Assembly (NCBI GenBank): GCA_036172245.1
Contig: JAYWIR010000009.1
Coordinates: 2,418,001 to 2,482,000 of the forward strand
Length of the DNA: 64,000 nt
Source: Raillietiella orientalis
Taxonomy: Eukaryota
Direction of reading: 5' to 3'
Below, piece after piece: positions 26,560-38,680 of this stretch. How positions within the stretch are numbered: the stretch's first letter is position 1; every line of letters starts with the position of its first letter. Position numbers and translations under genes: made by a program. The notes under the pieces were generated by a model, which worked only from the letters and a program-made list of their open reading frames with translations, was not told the DNA's origin and did not search any database.

Positions 26560-27830
26560 CTACCAAGTTGGGGGATTTCCAGGCACGGACATTTAAGACT
26601 TAAGGGATGGAAGTTCCGTGTCTGCATACGTGAGTCCCACGCCCTGTCTTTTTCCTATCTGGAAGCAGGTGATCAGTAATGTCCATCGTGGTGTGAAACA
26701 CGTGCGTTGTGTTTCTGTGTATGCCACTAGGTTTTGTGACGGAGGTCGCTCCGCAGTGACCACTAAAGGTGCGTCATTCGTGTGGCACAGAATTTTTCGT
26801 ATGGTCTCATGCATTCGCTATTCATCATTACTTGTTGACTTTATCTATACTGGAGGTTTTACAAGGCAATCGACTCTGCCCCATGGCGTTGGGAACTGCC
26901 CTCATCGTTGGAATCCGTGCCTTGGATCTCCTGCCTAACCCAAAACTGGGGCGCCTGGCGTCTGGAGGCGCTGAGGGCTGTCCTGAGTTCCCACTCAGGA
27001 AGTGGGCCCAGAGGAACTGCCTCCGCTGAGGAAACTCTTGCGCAGACCGCTAGGAAATATCCTGCAGGAGTGGACGCAGCGGTCCCGGATAGCCACTACA
27101 CCCCTTGTTGCAGCACTGTCTGCCTGAAGGCAAACGAGGACAGCAGTCAGCTGGCAGGGTGGGAGCTCTCCTGCAGCATTGCAGGAATCGAGGGACTCCT
27201 CGACAGCTGCAAGACGAGCGAGTTGGTAGACGGTGCCACTTCTCGTTTCCGGGCAACGGGACTCCACCGGTGGAGTGACATTCTCGGTGTGCACCCCTGA
27301 AGAACTCATGGTCCCTTCCCAGCATGCGGACACCTCCGTGTTCCCGCTCCTCCGGAAGCCGCACGATGCCCTGCTGCCTCTCCACTGGGGATTGCCAGTG
27401 CAACCAGCGTAAGCACCTGGTTACCGGGTGAGTTGCCTCCCCGAAATGTACCAGAACGGGAACAGTGGACTGCAATGTTGGACTAAAGGCTCTGGAAGAC
27501 ATGTGGCGGAGACTCTCTTCGGCGCTGCCGGAGGGCACCTCTTCCAACTTGCTTCTTTACTCAAGGTGGATTGAAGGCAGGTGCTGTGATTGCAACGAAT
27601 GTTGCATCGGCACCATGGTAACAGTCCGCCATGTATCGGAGTCTCGTTCACAGAGAAAAGAGGTCACCAGCATGGAAGCTGCTTCGATGAGGACGGCTAC
27701 GAGGTGGCATCATCTACCAGAAGAAGTCACCACGGAGGTTGCCACTATACACTTCTAAGCATGAAGAAACGACTGAAAGCAAAAACCCCTGTTCCTTTTC
27801 TTCCTTCTTTATTTGTTTATTTATTGTATT
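26560..27830 (+). mobile_element. Decayed Tx1/L1-clade non-LTR retrotransposon, 3' part of ORF2 and 3' UTR
   Basis: Frameshifted peptides IWKQVISNV...GRSAVTTKGASFVWHR...LLVDFIYTG resemble the Tx1 post-RT region (GRxLxxxxxxSxLWH...LVDFFW). C-terminus is homologous to the 33-kb copy; T-rich tail. Confidence 0.55.
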
Positions 27831-30800
27831 TTGCACTTAGAGTAAAAGAATTCGGATCTGAAACCGCAGACCAAATTAATCATTCACATTACAAGGTCTT
27901 TCTTCGAGCGATAGGTAAATCACCTCTTTTCGAAACTGCAGTTTGTAGGTTCAATGAAAATCCATGGAGGTAGCACCTCGCTGTACACTTGATGTACATG
28001 AGTGGGTACGTATATTTAGAGCATTTTATCTTCGTTTTTCCTGTGACAAATTCAAAGGAAAGTTTTCGGACATACACCACTGAAGGCCTTCCGCGTTGCT
28101 TTCAATGCCTTCATCTCTCCAAACACTCGGAGGCTGGAAAATGAGCGAATCGGAAAATAATCAGACATCCAAAACAAATACAGAATGGAAAAAGTCGCTC
28201 CTTTTTCGTGGTAGGTTCCGAGTTCGCAAGCGGCAAATGCTTGGAACCAGATCGGTACATTCCTTTTTCAAGGAGGAAGTTTGTGATTTCGGCATTTGAA
28301 GCTTCGTTTAATCTCTGCGGCTACATATCTCACCGTTATCTGATGAAAACTGAGCTCCGATCGTTAGAAATCTCTCATGAATACACATTCTGAAAGTAAC
28401 TTTCGCAATAGTGAGGCTGGTAAGAGCAGTCAGTTAGATTGCAGAAAATGGCTGTTGATTTCGGGGTCAAAAAAGTACCGAAGATATCTTCTCAGTATCC
28501 AAACTTTTCCTCACGCCAGTGGTCCATAGTTTCTTGTGCTCTTGAAATCACTGAAGGAATGATCGTTAAATAGTTTCTCAGGAATTTTTCTGAATGTTCT
28601 TTATTTTCAGGTACTTGAGCAAGTATTTGGGGCTGCATTTCCAGTTTTGCATGAAGAGAGGTTAACTAACGGAAAAGGGAATATTCCTTGCTCCTAGTTT
28701 CTGGACGCTGCTTGGCAACGTCACGCCGAGATTGCACGAACGAAAGAGAATGCTTCAAGATAAACAAGACAGATCCTGACAACGGCCCATACTGAAGCAC
28801 AAACTAGCACTTTGTTATGAACCAGCCAGGTTGAGGAAAGTTCCAGGCTTTTCCGGCCTTCCTTGGTATTGGTGGTTTTGCTTTTGAGCCGAACATTTTC
28901 AGTTTGCGATTTTTCAGCAATGCGTCCTGCAGATTTCGGTTTGAAGATAACCACGGCGGCCTAAATTTCCAGCTTCCAATTTTCTCGACAGGAATGTCCG
29001 ATCCCATTCGCCTGAGCTCAAGGCACGAGCGCAAGGGCTGTTTTCGAAATTCGCTGCCGAGCTCCTTGCAACCCGCGGTGAGTTGCACTGTGTGATCTTT
29101 CATCATCATGAAGATGCATCCACGAGGTCGCATGCGTGGGTGGAACTCTCCAAAATATGGGAAACACCACCGAATGGGGGACATGGCTTCATTGACCTCC
29201 TTTGAGATCCCATCAATTCCATTCAACCACTTCACTCTGGTGCCCATTTTTCGGCAGGCACCAGCGGAAGCTTGGCATGGCTCGCAGCTTGCATTCGGTT
29301 TGTTTCTGAAATGAAACTTTTGAAGAACCTCTGTGTGTGAAAGTAGCTATTCTTTTTTTTATTTAAACGAGCGGCACTGATGCTGTGCATTCATTTATCG
29401 TCATCTCCCACACATTTCAAGTACTTCTAGCTTCCAAAATGACCTCAGACTTTTTTGTGATGAGGGAGAAATACCAGATGGCACCTGATTAACTTCCTTG
29501 CCGGACTTTTGGTCCTGCAAGGAACCAATCCAAGGTCCGCTTAGTCCATAAGTATGGTCCATGGTTTATAAATAATACAAGCATTTAATTCTGTGAGATT
29601 TTATTTACGTTATTTTCATTCCAATCCGTAATGAGTCTCGTATCATTTTACTTTGCTGCTGTTCTTCCTCGACATCGAATTGAGCGGGGTCACTCTCAAG
29701 TCAAGGAGTCACCTGCCCTCGGAATGTATATCGGTTATTAGCTTTATTTTCACTGCATCGGTTGAGAGTCTCGGCTGGTGGTCATATTTCCGTGTGACCA
29801 CCGAGAATTCGGACGATGACTTGTTTTTCGCTTCGCTGCCTGTCTTTTCACACCTCAATGGCTCTCCAAATGGAAGGAGGGTGCGCTACCACCAGGTCTT
29901 GAAATTTGCTATGCCGCAATTTTGCTATACGATCGTTTTTCGCTATCGCCGTTCAGTACTGATGTATAGACGTTCCAGGTTTCTGGTGGGGATCCTGGAG
30001 TTCCCCCGCCTATGCCTAGTGAGTGAGTTGGTCGAAATTTTTCCTTTCGCGTTCTCCGCAGTGCGGTTCCATCCACATCCTCAAAAGACACAAATGGAAG
30101 TCCAAACAACACGAGTGCACCTCTTGACGGGTGTCACTTTCCCTCTACTCGCATTTTAAACCCCAAAGACATTCTTCTTTTATAAGCCAAGGACACTTTC
30201 TAAGTGTAGGCGTTTCAGCCAGGACCAAACATCACGGACCACTCGCCACGGACCAAATGTCTCAGTGGACCTTCAGAACAGAACCAAATATCGCTCTCCC
30301 TCTTGGAAGGCCATTCCAGTGCTGATCCAACTCTAATCTTGACTTTTTTAGTTATCCATAGATACCTACTTTCCAAGAGTGATGTTCCACTTGTTTCCGC
30401 AGCACATTTGTAGAATTAATCCTGAAGTCCAAGTGCTGCACCGATGAATAGCAGCATGGTAACATCTTTGTCATGCAAGTACATTTCATTGGATATCGTG
30501 CACCTCATACATCGTTTTTCTACTCTTCATTTGAGGATGAATGCTCATTGCATTACTGACTGTTCGATGGAAAAGAATCAATCGCACCTTTGGAAGGCAC
30601 GGCAAATGAGCCGATGTGAATGCGTTCTCGAAGAAAGAGACGAGAGAGTTGGTTTGGGCGGAAAAAGCACAAATCGCTTGCCACGGACCCCATTCCCCAT
30701 TTTTGAAATGCATTTTTTTTGCAATTTCTAAGGCTAAGAGATAGGAGCGCTTTTAGATGTTAACTTTTAGATTGTCAGGTCCGTTAGCATCGCAAGACAG

Positions 30801-31085
30801 GCTAGCTGGACACAAGGACAGCTGAAGGTGCTTTTCGCAGCCTTCTTCTGCGGTACTCTATTCCTGTGAGAGAATATTCCATTTAGTGAAATTGGACCGG
30901 TCCTGCACAAGATGGCAGCTACCAGCCGAGGGTCTTAATCCTGAGGGTCACAGAAATTTCTGCTCCAAATGCGCCCTTTTTGATCGCCATGCAACGACTT
31001 TTAGAGCAGGTGAACGCTTTCTATGTTTGGTGGACCTCTCGTGGTAAACCGGGAAGGATCGCTCCCTACTTCTTCGGAATCGAAA

Positions 31086-32018
31086 CAGCGTCCACGGCAG
31101 GCAACTGTGGATTCCATTGAAGCTTTCACACTTTTCGCTCTAAAATTATTCGCACATTCCAAAAATGTGACCGCTGGATTGGAATCCCGTTATTTAGAAG
31201 TCTCTCTTCTATTGCTCCGAAGCTCAGCTCGAGTTCATTGCCTACTAATCTCGGACGAAGGCACACGGCGCTGTGAATATAAGCGATTTTTGTTAGAAGA
31301 AATGGAGACGCAAGCACAAAATTGAATCTGCGGGTCAATTGCAAACACACACAGAACGAGGGAATGCTAAATATACAAAATGGAAACTGGAAATGTTAAA
31401 ATGGGATGAGCTGAAATAATGGTTCATGAATCCAAGGAGATGAGGTCAGTGGATCTTCGAAAGACTCGCGATTTTTTTTTTTTTTCCAAGAGGGAATCCG
31501 GGATCTCTTTTGAATGCACTCATGATGGCAGAGCATAGAGAGGACTTTGGAAACGTGTAAGGGAGCCTCCATTTCGCCTATGAGGAACAGGGAAGCGATG
31601 TCACTGAAGAAAAGAGGCAAAAAGGAATGGCAGTAAAAAGAGAGTTCTATGAATGACTTTTGGAGTGTATTCGAAGGGTGCTTTAATAGGCACTAGCAGA
31701 TTGGGCGTGCCCTTCTAGTTTGGTGCTCTTTCAAATTGCCTTGGGCATGAGGTTGCGTTCCTCTGTGGAAGTTATGTACATGGGGATCGGTCCGTATGTA
31801 AATCGAAGTACATTTGAATACATATCATGAGATTGCGCATGCACCTACGTTCGGAGACCACAGGGTGGTGCATTAGCCACTGAGAATAGATAGGAAACCC
31901 CTAAATGATAGGACTTCAATCCAGCGGTCACATTTTGGAACATGCGGATAATTTTAGAGCGATAGAATTCGCGTGCCAAACCCTCGACGGAATCTACACT
32001 ACTCTGCTGTGGAAGCTG
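31086..32018. repeat. Imperfect ~130-bp inverted repeat pair (31086-31216 and 31884-32018)
   Basis: tcgctctaaaattattcgcacattccaaaaatgtgaccgctggattg at 31135 matches the reverse complement of 31917-31962 (TCGCTCTAAAATTATCCGCATGTTCCAAAATGTGACCGCTGGATTG). Confidence 0.8.
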
Positions 32019-32879
32019 GCTGAAAAGAACATGGCAGCATGCAAATAGAAGTGGTGGCAAAGGTAAATGTATTTGTGGTTCTCTTGAGCGTGGTGGCTAG
32101 GGTAATGGACAGCATGACTCAATTTGATGTGCCGAGGTAGTTTAAAAAGAACATAATAGCATGAAAATTTTTGAAAGATGTATTTTGTGGTTTCGTGGCT
32201 GTTTTATAAGGAAGCCACTTTGTGGAATAAAAACTACCTCTATTGAGACGGAAGAATCTAACGGATGTTCAGCATGCATTGCTCGCTATGCAAATAAAAA
32301 CCACTCTTCAGTCACTGCCATCGTTTGCTGTCAGACATCATACAAGGAGTATTTCTTTTCTAGCCCTGAAAGAATTAAGAGCTAAAGAATGCTTAAAGAA
32401 TACATGAAAGTCTTGAAATTTGAATGACATTGAAAGTTTTCTTTGTGCGTCCGCTGGGAAAATGGCGCTGTTCCACTCAATCATGTATTGTGAAGTTACA
32501 CAAGCAATTCTTCTTCCACCGTATACCTCTTCCTGCCCTGTCAAGCGCAAATCCAACAAAACTTCTGTTTGTTCATAAATTCAACTACAGAACGGAGCTA
32601 TCGTCAACATTTACATATGTGAAATTTCATATGCTTGAAGGACTACGGGGAACTGAGCAAAGCAGTGATTTTACGTGTAAAAATGTAGATCAGGGAGCGG
32701 ATAGACCGAAATTCGAAGCAGCTCCTCGCGAACCCTTCGTGACGAGTCTTCCGAATGTGGATCTGTAAGGAAGTGGATGTAAACCACTGAAGATCGCGCA
32801 CGTGTGAGCGGTTCCAAGTGTCTGTAGGGCGGGAAGTCAGCAAGGCAGAAGCACAAGCATGGAAACCAACGTCTAAACT

Positions 32880-33730
32880 GCTTGTGTTTTGGGGATCCGG
32901 CGTACGGAATTCACGACGAACGCAAGGAATGCTGCGGAGGTCGCCGCTTTCGGAGGGAGCACAGAAAACGTTACAGCACCACGACAGAATGCTCGATGAC
33001 AGATGCCTACCGACGGGGTGGGAGGTCGCCTGCACGATCGCAGGAGCAAACCGACCCATGGGCGGCTGGAGAACCAGCGAGCTGGCAGACTCCTCGCCAT
33101 TTTCCCAAGGGACTTCTTCGGTGGAGCGAGCTCTTGAGTGCGCCCCCCGAAGAACCTGTGGTCCCTCCCTCGTGCGTGGACACTTCTGTGTCCACGCACT
33201 GATTGAGTCCTCCTAACGTGGAAACAGGATGTCATCCTGCTGGTGCATTGGGGTTTCCACTGCAACCAGCGTAGCAACGTGGTTTCCAGGGGAGTCGCCT
33301 CCCCAAACCGTGGACGGTGCGGAGCAGCGGAAACGCTCCCGCATCTGCTCTTCGACTCCGGTGTCCTCCAAGGACCGTGGCGGAGGCTGGCCTCAGCTCT
33401 CCTGCCCCGGGGGTGGCACCGCAAGGACTTTCATGCGCCGCTTCTTCACGCCAGGCGGCCTGTCCTTAGGTGCGGCCATCGCAACGATCTGTTGCATCCG
33501 CGCCATCGTCACGGCCCGCCGCCAGTGGGAGTCGCAGACGATTCTTCGAGAGGTCACCGGAATAGCCGACGACGACATGACGTCGGCTGCCAGGTGGCCT
33601 CATGCTCCAGAAGACGTCAGGAAGGAGATCTCCGGCATCCAACGCCGGTTCTGAAAGGAAGGAACGGCCGAAGACAAAGACCCCTGTCCCCTCCTCTCCC
33701 CACATGTTGATTTACATTTTTTTAAAATAT
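32880..33730 (+). mobile_element. Decayed Tx1/L1-clade retrotransposon 3' end
   Basis: Degenerate zf-RVT-like motif HWGFHCNQR...RCGAAETLPHLLFD...PWRRL. Peptide homology with 27050-27760 (GWEVACTIAG/GWELSCSIAG; CCIRAIVTAR...ARWPHAPEDV/CCIGTMVTVR...TRWHHLPEEV) and a shared aaa(g/a)acccctgt 3' UTR start. Confidence 0.6.
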
Positions 33731-34399
33731 TCATTTGTGATCATCTCCCTCCCGTTCCGGACTTTCGAATTTACCGAATTGCGTGTCGGCGATCCCTCCC
33801 TCCGTACCTCTGCACGCTTTGTCTGGGAACTTCTGTTCTCGGATGGTTTAGAAAAACTCCCCGGCGCGCCCGGGTGAAAAACAGCATGCTGGTAGCGGAG
33901 CCACTGAACGATGGAAGATTTGATCTCATCCTTTTGAGAAAACAACGACTCTTTGGGATGAAATTATACGACTCTCCATTTCCAGATGGCTGCTGACCCG
34001 CACAAGGCTGCAAGCAAGAAGAAAGGTTGAAATAAAGGTGAACAGAAGCTTGTGGTTTGCCCATGCCCTTGTCTTTGGCAAACTCTCAACACTGGGGCCA
34101 TACCCACAAGGAAATTTCAATACTTGGGGAAGAAAAAAGGATGTGGAGAAAGCTCGCGTGCTGCAGCACAGAGAAAGAGGCCTTCCAAACGACAACACTT
34201 CCCTTTCCGAGTGGAAACCTGCTGAGGATTTTCATTCAGTTTCCGTGGGAAGCTCCCGCATGCTTCAGTTTCTTCTAAGCAATAACTGCTTATTTTTACT
34301 TCTTCACTGAATGCGGGAGTCATCGAGAAAACTCGCTTTGGTTTCCTTATGATCGAGAACATTCAAGCACGCCATACCGAGATGTTCAGCTAATCTAAG

Positions 34400-35000
34400 G
34401 GATCCAAAACGATACTTTGGTCTCTCTTCTTCCGACCTTCTCTACAAGTTCAAATCATCCCTAGAACACCTTACTGATATTTATGGGGTATTCAACGAGC
34501 TAACCTCAATATAGGCCCATTATCGGGCAAAGTTTAGCATTTAAATATCAAGTTACATTATTCCATAACATTGCATCAATGGGGACCTGAACAAATGAAT
34601 ACTCATTTTCATCAGAGACGCATTTACTCGTTACTGCCTCCCGCGTAGGAATACAAATACTTTCGTGCTACTTCAAGATCATCTGTAAAATCCATTCCAA
34701 TGAAAACAATCTCTTTTACTAAGTATTTCCACTGTTGTCTTTGATCCAAGAACTGTTTGCTGTTTGTTAACTCTTTTGCTTCTTTATCTCTCTCTCACTT
34801 TTTTGTAGCGGACCTTTCGTTGCATTTTCCCAGATCGATTTTCTCAGCGTCTGGCTCTTCTTCGCCCGTTCTCTTCAGCAAGCTTCCTTAGAGTTTTGGA
34901 TTGCTTGTCCTCCCAGCTACTCATTGCATTGCTCTTCCCATGTGTACCAAAATTTTCCATGCAAAGAACGTCCATTCACATTAAGCTGTCTCATTCTCTC
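34400..35000 (-). mobile_element. Possible decayed RTE-like AP-endonuclease remnant
   Basis: Ordered, frameshifted fragments QLNVNGRSL, KRTGEE, ICIPT and T*YLNAKL weakly resemble TWNVRSL, RRTGE, VYAPT and GDFNAK. Confidence 0.28.
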
Positions 35001-35381
35001 AACTCTCTTGCATGAGACGCTGGTTTTATTCTTAGACGTCATGTTCAAGATGTTGCTTAAGGATCCGAAACCAAGCAATCTGAATCCAAGGTCGATTCCG
35101 AGGTCCCCACTTCCGGCTACTGTGCCTCCTCATCACCAACCTCCTTGATGTCTGCAACGTCTGCGTCTCGTAACGAAGAACGGTCCTCGAGACGAGCATC
35201 GGTCTGCAAGGCCCTTCCAATATGCATGCACAGCGTGAAGCGAAAGACACTGTATCACTTCTTGATGACTCTGCCGGCATCCGCTCGAAAACAAGATAAG
35301 CGAAAAATCAAATTTGCGGACGAACCCCGCTGACCCATTCAAACGTTTCGGCCGACCTTTCCATGGAAAGTCCACTGGTTT

Positions 35382-37111
35382 TGAAATTCTTCTGGGTAGG
35401 GAGCTGGCTTTTTCACACTGACACGGAAGTCCAGCATGACCCAGAGTTCAACCTGAATTATAAAGGGATGCAACCCCAACGCTCACCGTTTATCTCCAGA
35501 ATTCCAAGTCCATTTTATCTTAGAATCCCTCGCATGGTCACTTGAGATGAAGCTGTCGCTATTGCCATCGGGCTGGTTCCACCATTTAGTCCGGCACCTC
35601 CGATTCTCGAATTTTTCCCGATTCTTATGGAAGATTACCCGGAATAATCGCTGGCTGCAATCACGCGCCCGACATCGATGGTGGTCATTCCCTATTCTTC
35701 TTGCCTGAGGTCATAGGAAGGTTCGATTGCTGATTGATCCTGTTTTAAGCATGGATATATAAGAATTCCTGTTGTGAGAAAACGCAGTTTTTTTTGTGTT
35801 TGTCATTTTTTGAAATTTTAACATTTCGAAAAGTCTTTTTTAACGTTTTTAATATTTGCAGTAGGTTTTGGATCGTGGAGTACGTTCTGCGCATTTGATC
35901 CATGACTTTCTTCATCATTTGAGCAAACATCTTTGCCAGCTATTCTCTCTGTCCTGGACGCGAACCACTTCTGATGCATCTGATCATCTGCCACCTGTGG
36001 GTGTTGGCTGTTAATTCGTGACACTCCACATGTTGATGTGTGCCGTGCCTGATCTTCAGTTTTAATCCATTCTTTGCGCTTGGGTCAGTTTGGGAATATT
36101 GAAGCATCCGCTGTGCCCTGCATCAACAGCTTCGCTCTTCTAAAATGCGAGCTCTTTTTTTTTTTGGATGCGTGGAACAATCCAAGAACGCACCTTTCTC
36201 ATAAGTTCGAATCAACAACTTGGATTTCCTACACAACCTTCCTCTTCTGCAACCGTTTGCAGCTGGCATACGAAGACTTGGCACCATGACGATTCCAAAA
36301 ACTTCCCAAATAAGCAGACTCCTCCATATCACGTGAACATAATTATTCCATAACAGTGTGCCAGCGGCTGCTTTTGGAATCACCTGCTTTGATTAGCTGG
36401 TCAATTATAGAACCGGTTACCGCAATGCTAATTAAGCCAATTTGGTTGGGTTGAAAGTGATCGGTCATAAAAGCGTGGTTCATCGTCATTGCTGGAGACT
36501 TTGGAAGCGTTCCTCTGGTTTGGTACGGTCTCATCTTCCACCTTTGTTGTCATCTCTGCTTTGCTTCTTCCGATGCCTTTGCCACACCGTCCACCCTGAC
36601 ATCATGCTTCAAAGTCTTGTGGATGCGTGTTGGACATGCTCTCCTTGTTTTGAATAAAAGGCAGCTACACTCTTTCCCTTTTCCCGTAACCCTTCGTTGA
36701 GGTTCACCTTTGAACTTGTCAGGTTCTCAGTTCCATCTGAGATGGAATGGAACAGACCTCGTCTCTGCAAGTATCGGCATTCCAGTTTTTGTCCCTGCCC
36801 TATCGATGGTTCTTTTTTTTTTTTTTTTTTGGCTTGTTATTTCCTGCACCATAATCTACATTCTCTTTCCTTTTTCATAAAGGATGTCTTCGTTCCTGCA
36901 ATTTCACAAGTGCTGTAACAAGAGTTGCTGCAGACTGCTTGACTGCTACACGTCAGTACTCTTACGTGCGGGACGGTCTTTGCCGCCTCAAGCACACAAA
37001 TACCACTGTAATCTCTTCTGGGGGGGGGGAGCTGGCTTTTTCACATTGACACGGAAGTCCAGCATGATCTAGAGTTCAACCTGAATTATAAAGAGATGCA
37101 ACCCCAATGCT
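35382..37111 (-). mobile_element. Small LTR-like element (TRIM-like or internally deleted LTR retrotransposon)
   Basis: ~105-bp direct repeats at 35382-35485 and 37007-37111 (gagctggctttttcaca...gatgcaaccccaa). On the minus strand the upstream repeat ends TTACA and is followed by GTGGTAT (PBS-like); the downstream repeat is preceded by purine-rich GGAGATAAACGG. Confidence 0.45.
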
Positions 37112-37399
37112 GTTTTGCAGCACCCGGACGAGCATTTCGGCAGCAATCTCAATCCGAAAACGAACGTCATCGTCACGTAGTAAGCGAGGATAGGGACAGA
37201 GAACCATGCGTGCTTTTTGATAGACACCCATACGTGTGCCTATTGAAAATCTTCTCGGCCTAGCATGATTATCACTCGGTTGTTTCGGGACATTTATTAC
37301 ATAAAGCATTAAAAATGCATTTTTGAACGCAATCAATGAACCTGCCAAGGACCGGTAAGCAGATCGGTGAGATCCCCTTCGGCATCGTGGAGGAAGGGA

Positions 37400-38680
37400 A
37401 AACAAAACCAAAACAAACAAACAAAACGGGGAAGGGGGATTTCTACACGGAGAGAAGGGGGAATCGAGGAAGGGATCCCGGTACGTTGCCAAGAGTCCTC
37501 GGCATCCTGTTCAGGATGCTGGCAAGTTCTGTCCGTGTCTCGCCCGGGTGAGACCATCTCGAGGAGGTCCTCAGAAAGATCCGCGCCCTGTGGATGGCGT
37601 CCCTGCCATTTCGGCCTCTTCTTCTGGCCTTCCACGCCGCATCACGATCCCGCGAAGACAGCAGAAGACTGCGAGGGCCGCTCCAAGCGCGAAGAGGCAT
37701 CTGAAAATGGCCCTGGGGGCGCCCGCCGGGGTTTTTAGAATCATCGCAAGGCGATCCAAAGGGGTCGGAAGGCAACACAGTCCAACAGCAGGCGCGGGAG
37801 GGTGTCCTTCTTGTCGCACTGAGCATCCACCCTCCCCCGTTTCCAGTGGTGAAGGCGCTCATTGCACGGGATTCCCCCATGCACCACCAGCAACGCCAAC
37901 TTCCTCAACTTGAAGGGGAGTGTGCCAAGCACGATGGAAATCCCGTTGGGTCCTTCTATTTAAGTCGCTTTCCTTGCAGCTTTCCATTTTTGGTTTGCCA
38001 ATTACTGAATAATTGAGCGCCTCCTTAGTGGGGGGGATGGGGAGATCACGTAGCTCTTTAGCACTGACCACCCCACCCGAAGGTGTGTCGGATGATCCCT
38101 ACGGGGTCACACACAGGAAGGAATCCATTCCTCTGACGCTTAGGAGTGGAATTTCTGCCTCCTTCTCTCCAGAGAACTTCCGCAACAACACACCGGATGC
38201 GTTTTGCTTGTGAGAAGTCCGGGCGGAGCCTTCGACAACAACAAGAATATGGCAACACTGCATTGGTGGTGATTTCGACGTTACCAACAGCGAGGAGGGT
38301 TGAATCCTCCTTGAATAAAAAGTAGGCTTTGTGTGCAGATGCACCTCGTTCTCACAGGGAGTTTCCTTTGGTCACTTCAACAGCAAACCTGCAGTGGCTT
38401 TGGAGATCGCCCGCATTTTGGCACGTGATGAATCGCTCCCTTCCCAAAGAATGAGGAACTCTCTTGGAAGATGGAAATTAGAACGTGTATGAACGTAGGT
38501 GAGATCTTTGCCTAGTAGGTGGAGCAACCCGCCCTGAACACGAGAGAGCCCCAATCCTGCCGATAGCTGAACGACATGGCACCTCATGCCACTTCAAGCA
38601 GCCCAGGGTTTTCAGGGAGAAAGAGCACTTCAAACTTGCGAAAGAGTTTCCACAGACAGTCTATTCATGAAGAGCTCGCA
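37400..38680 (-). mobile_element. Decayed Tx1/L1-clade retrotransposon 3' end
   Basis: ORF 37741-37932 LALLVVHGGIPCNERLHHW...QCDKKDTLPRLLLDCVAFRPLW is zf-RVT-like. Upstream LSAGLGL resembles the GGLG motif. (TTTG)n-rich tail near 37400-37425. Confidence 0.55.
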
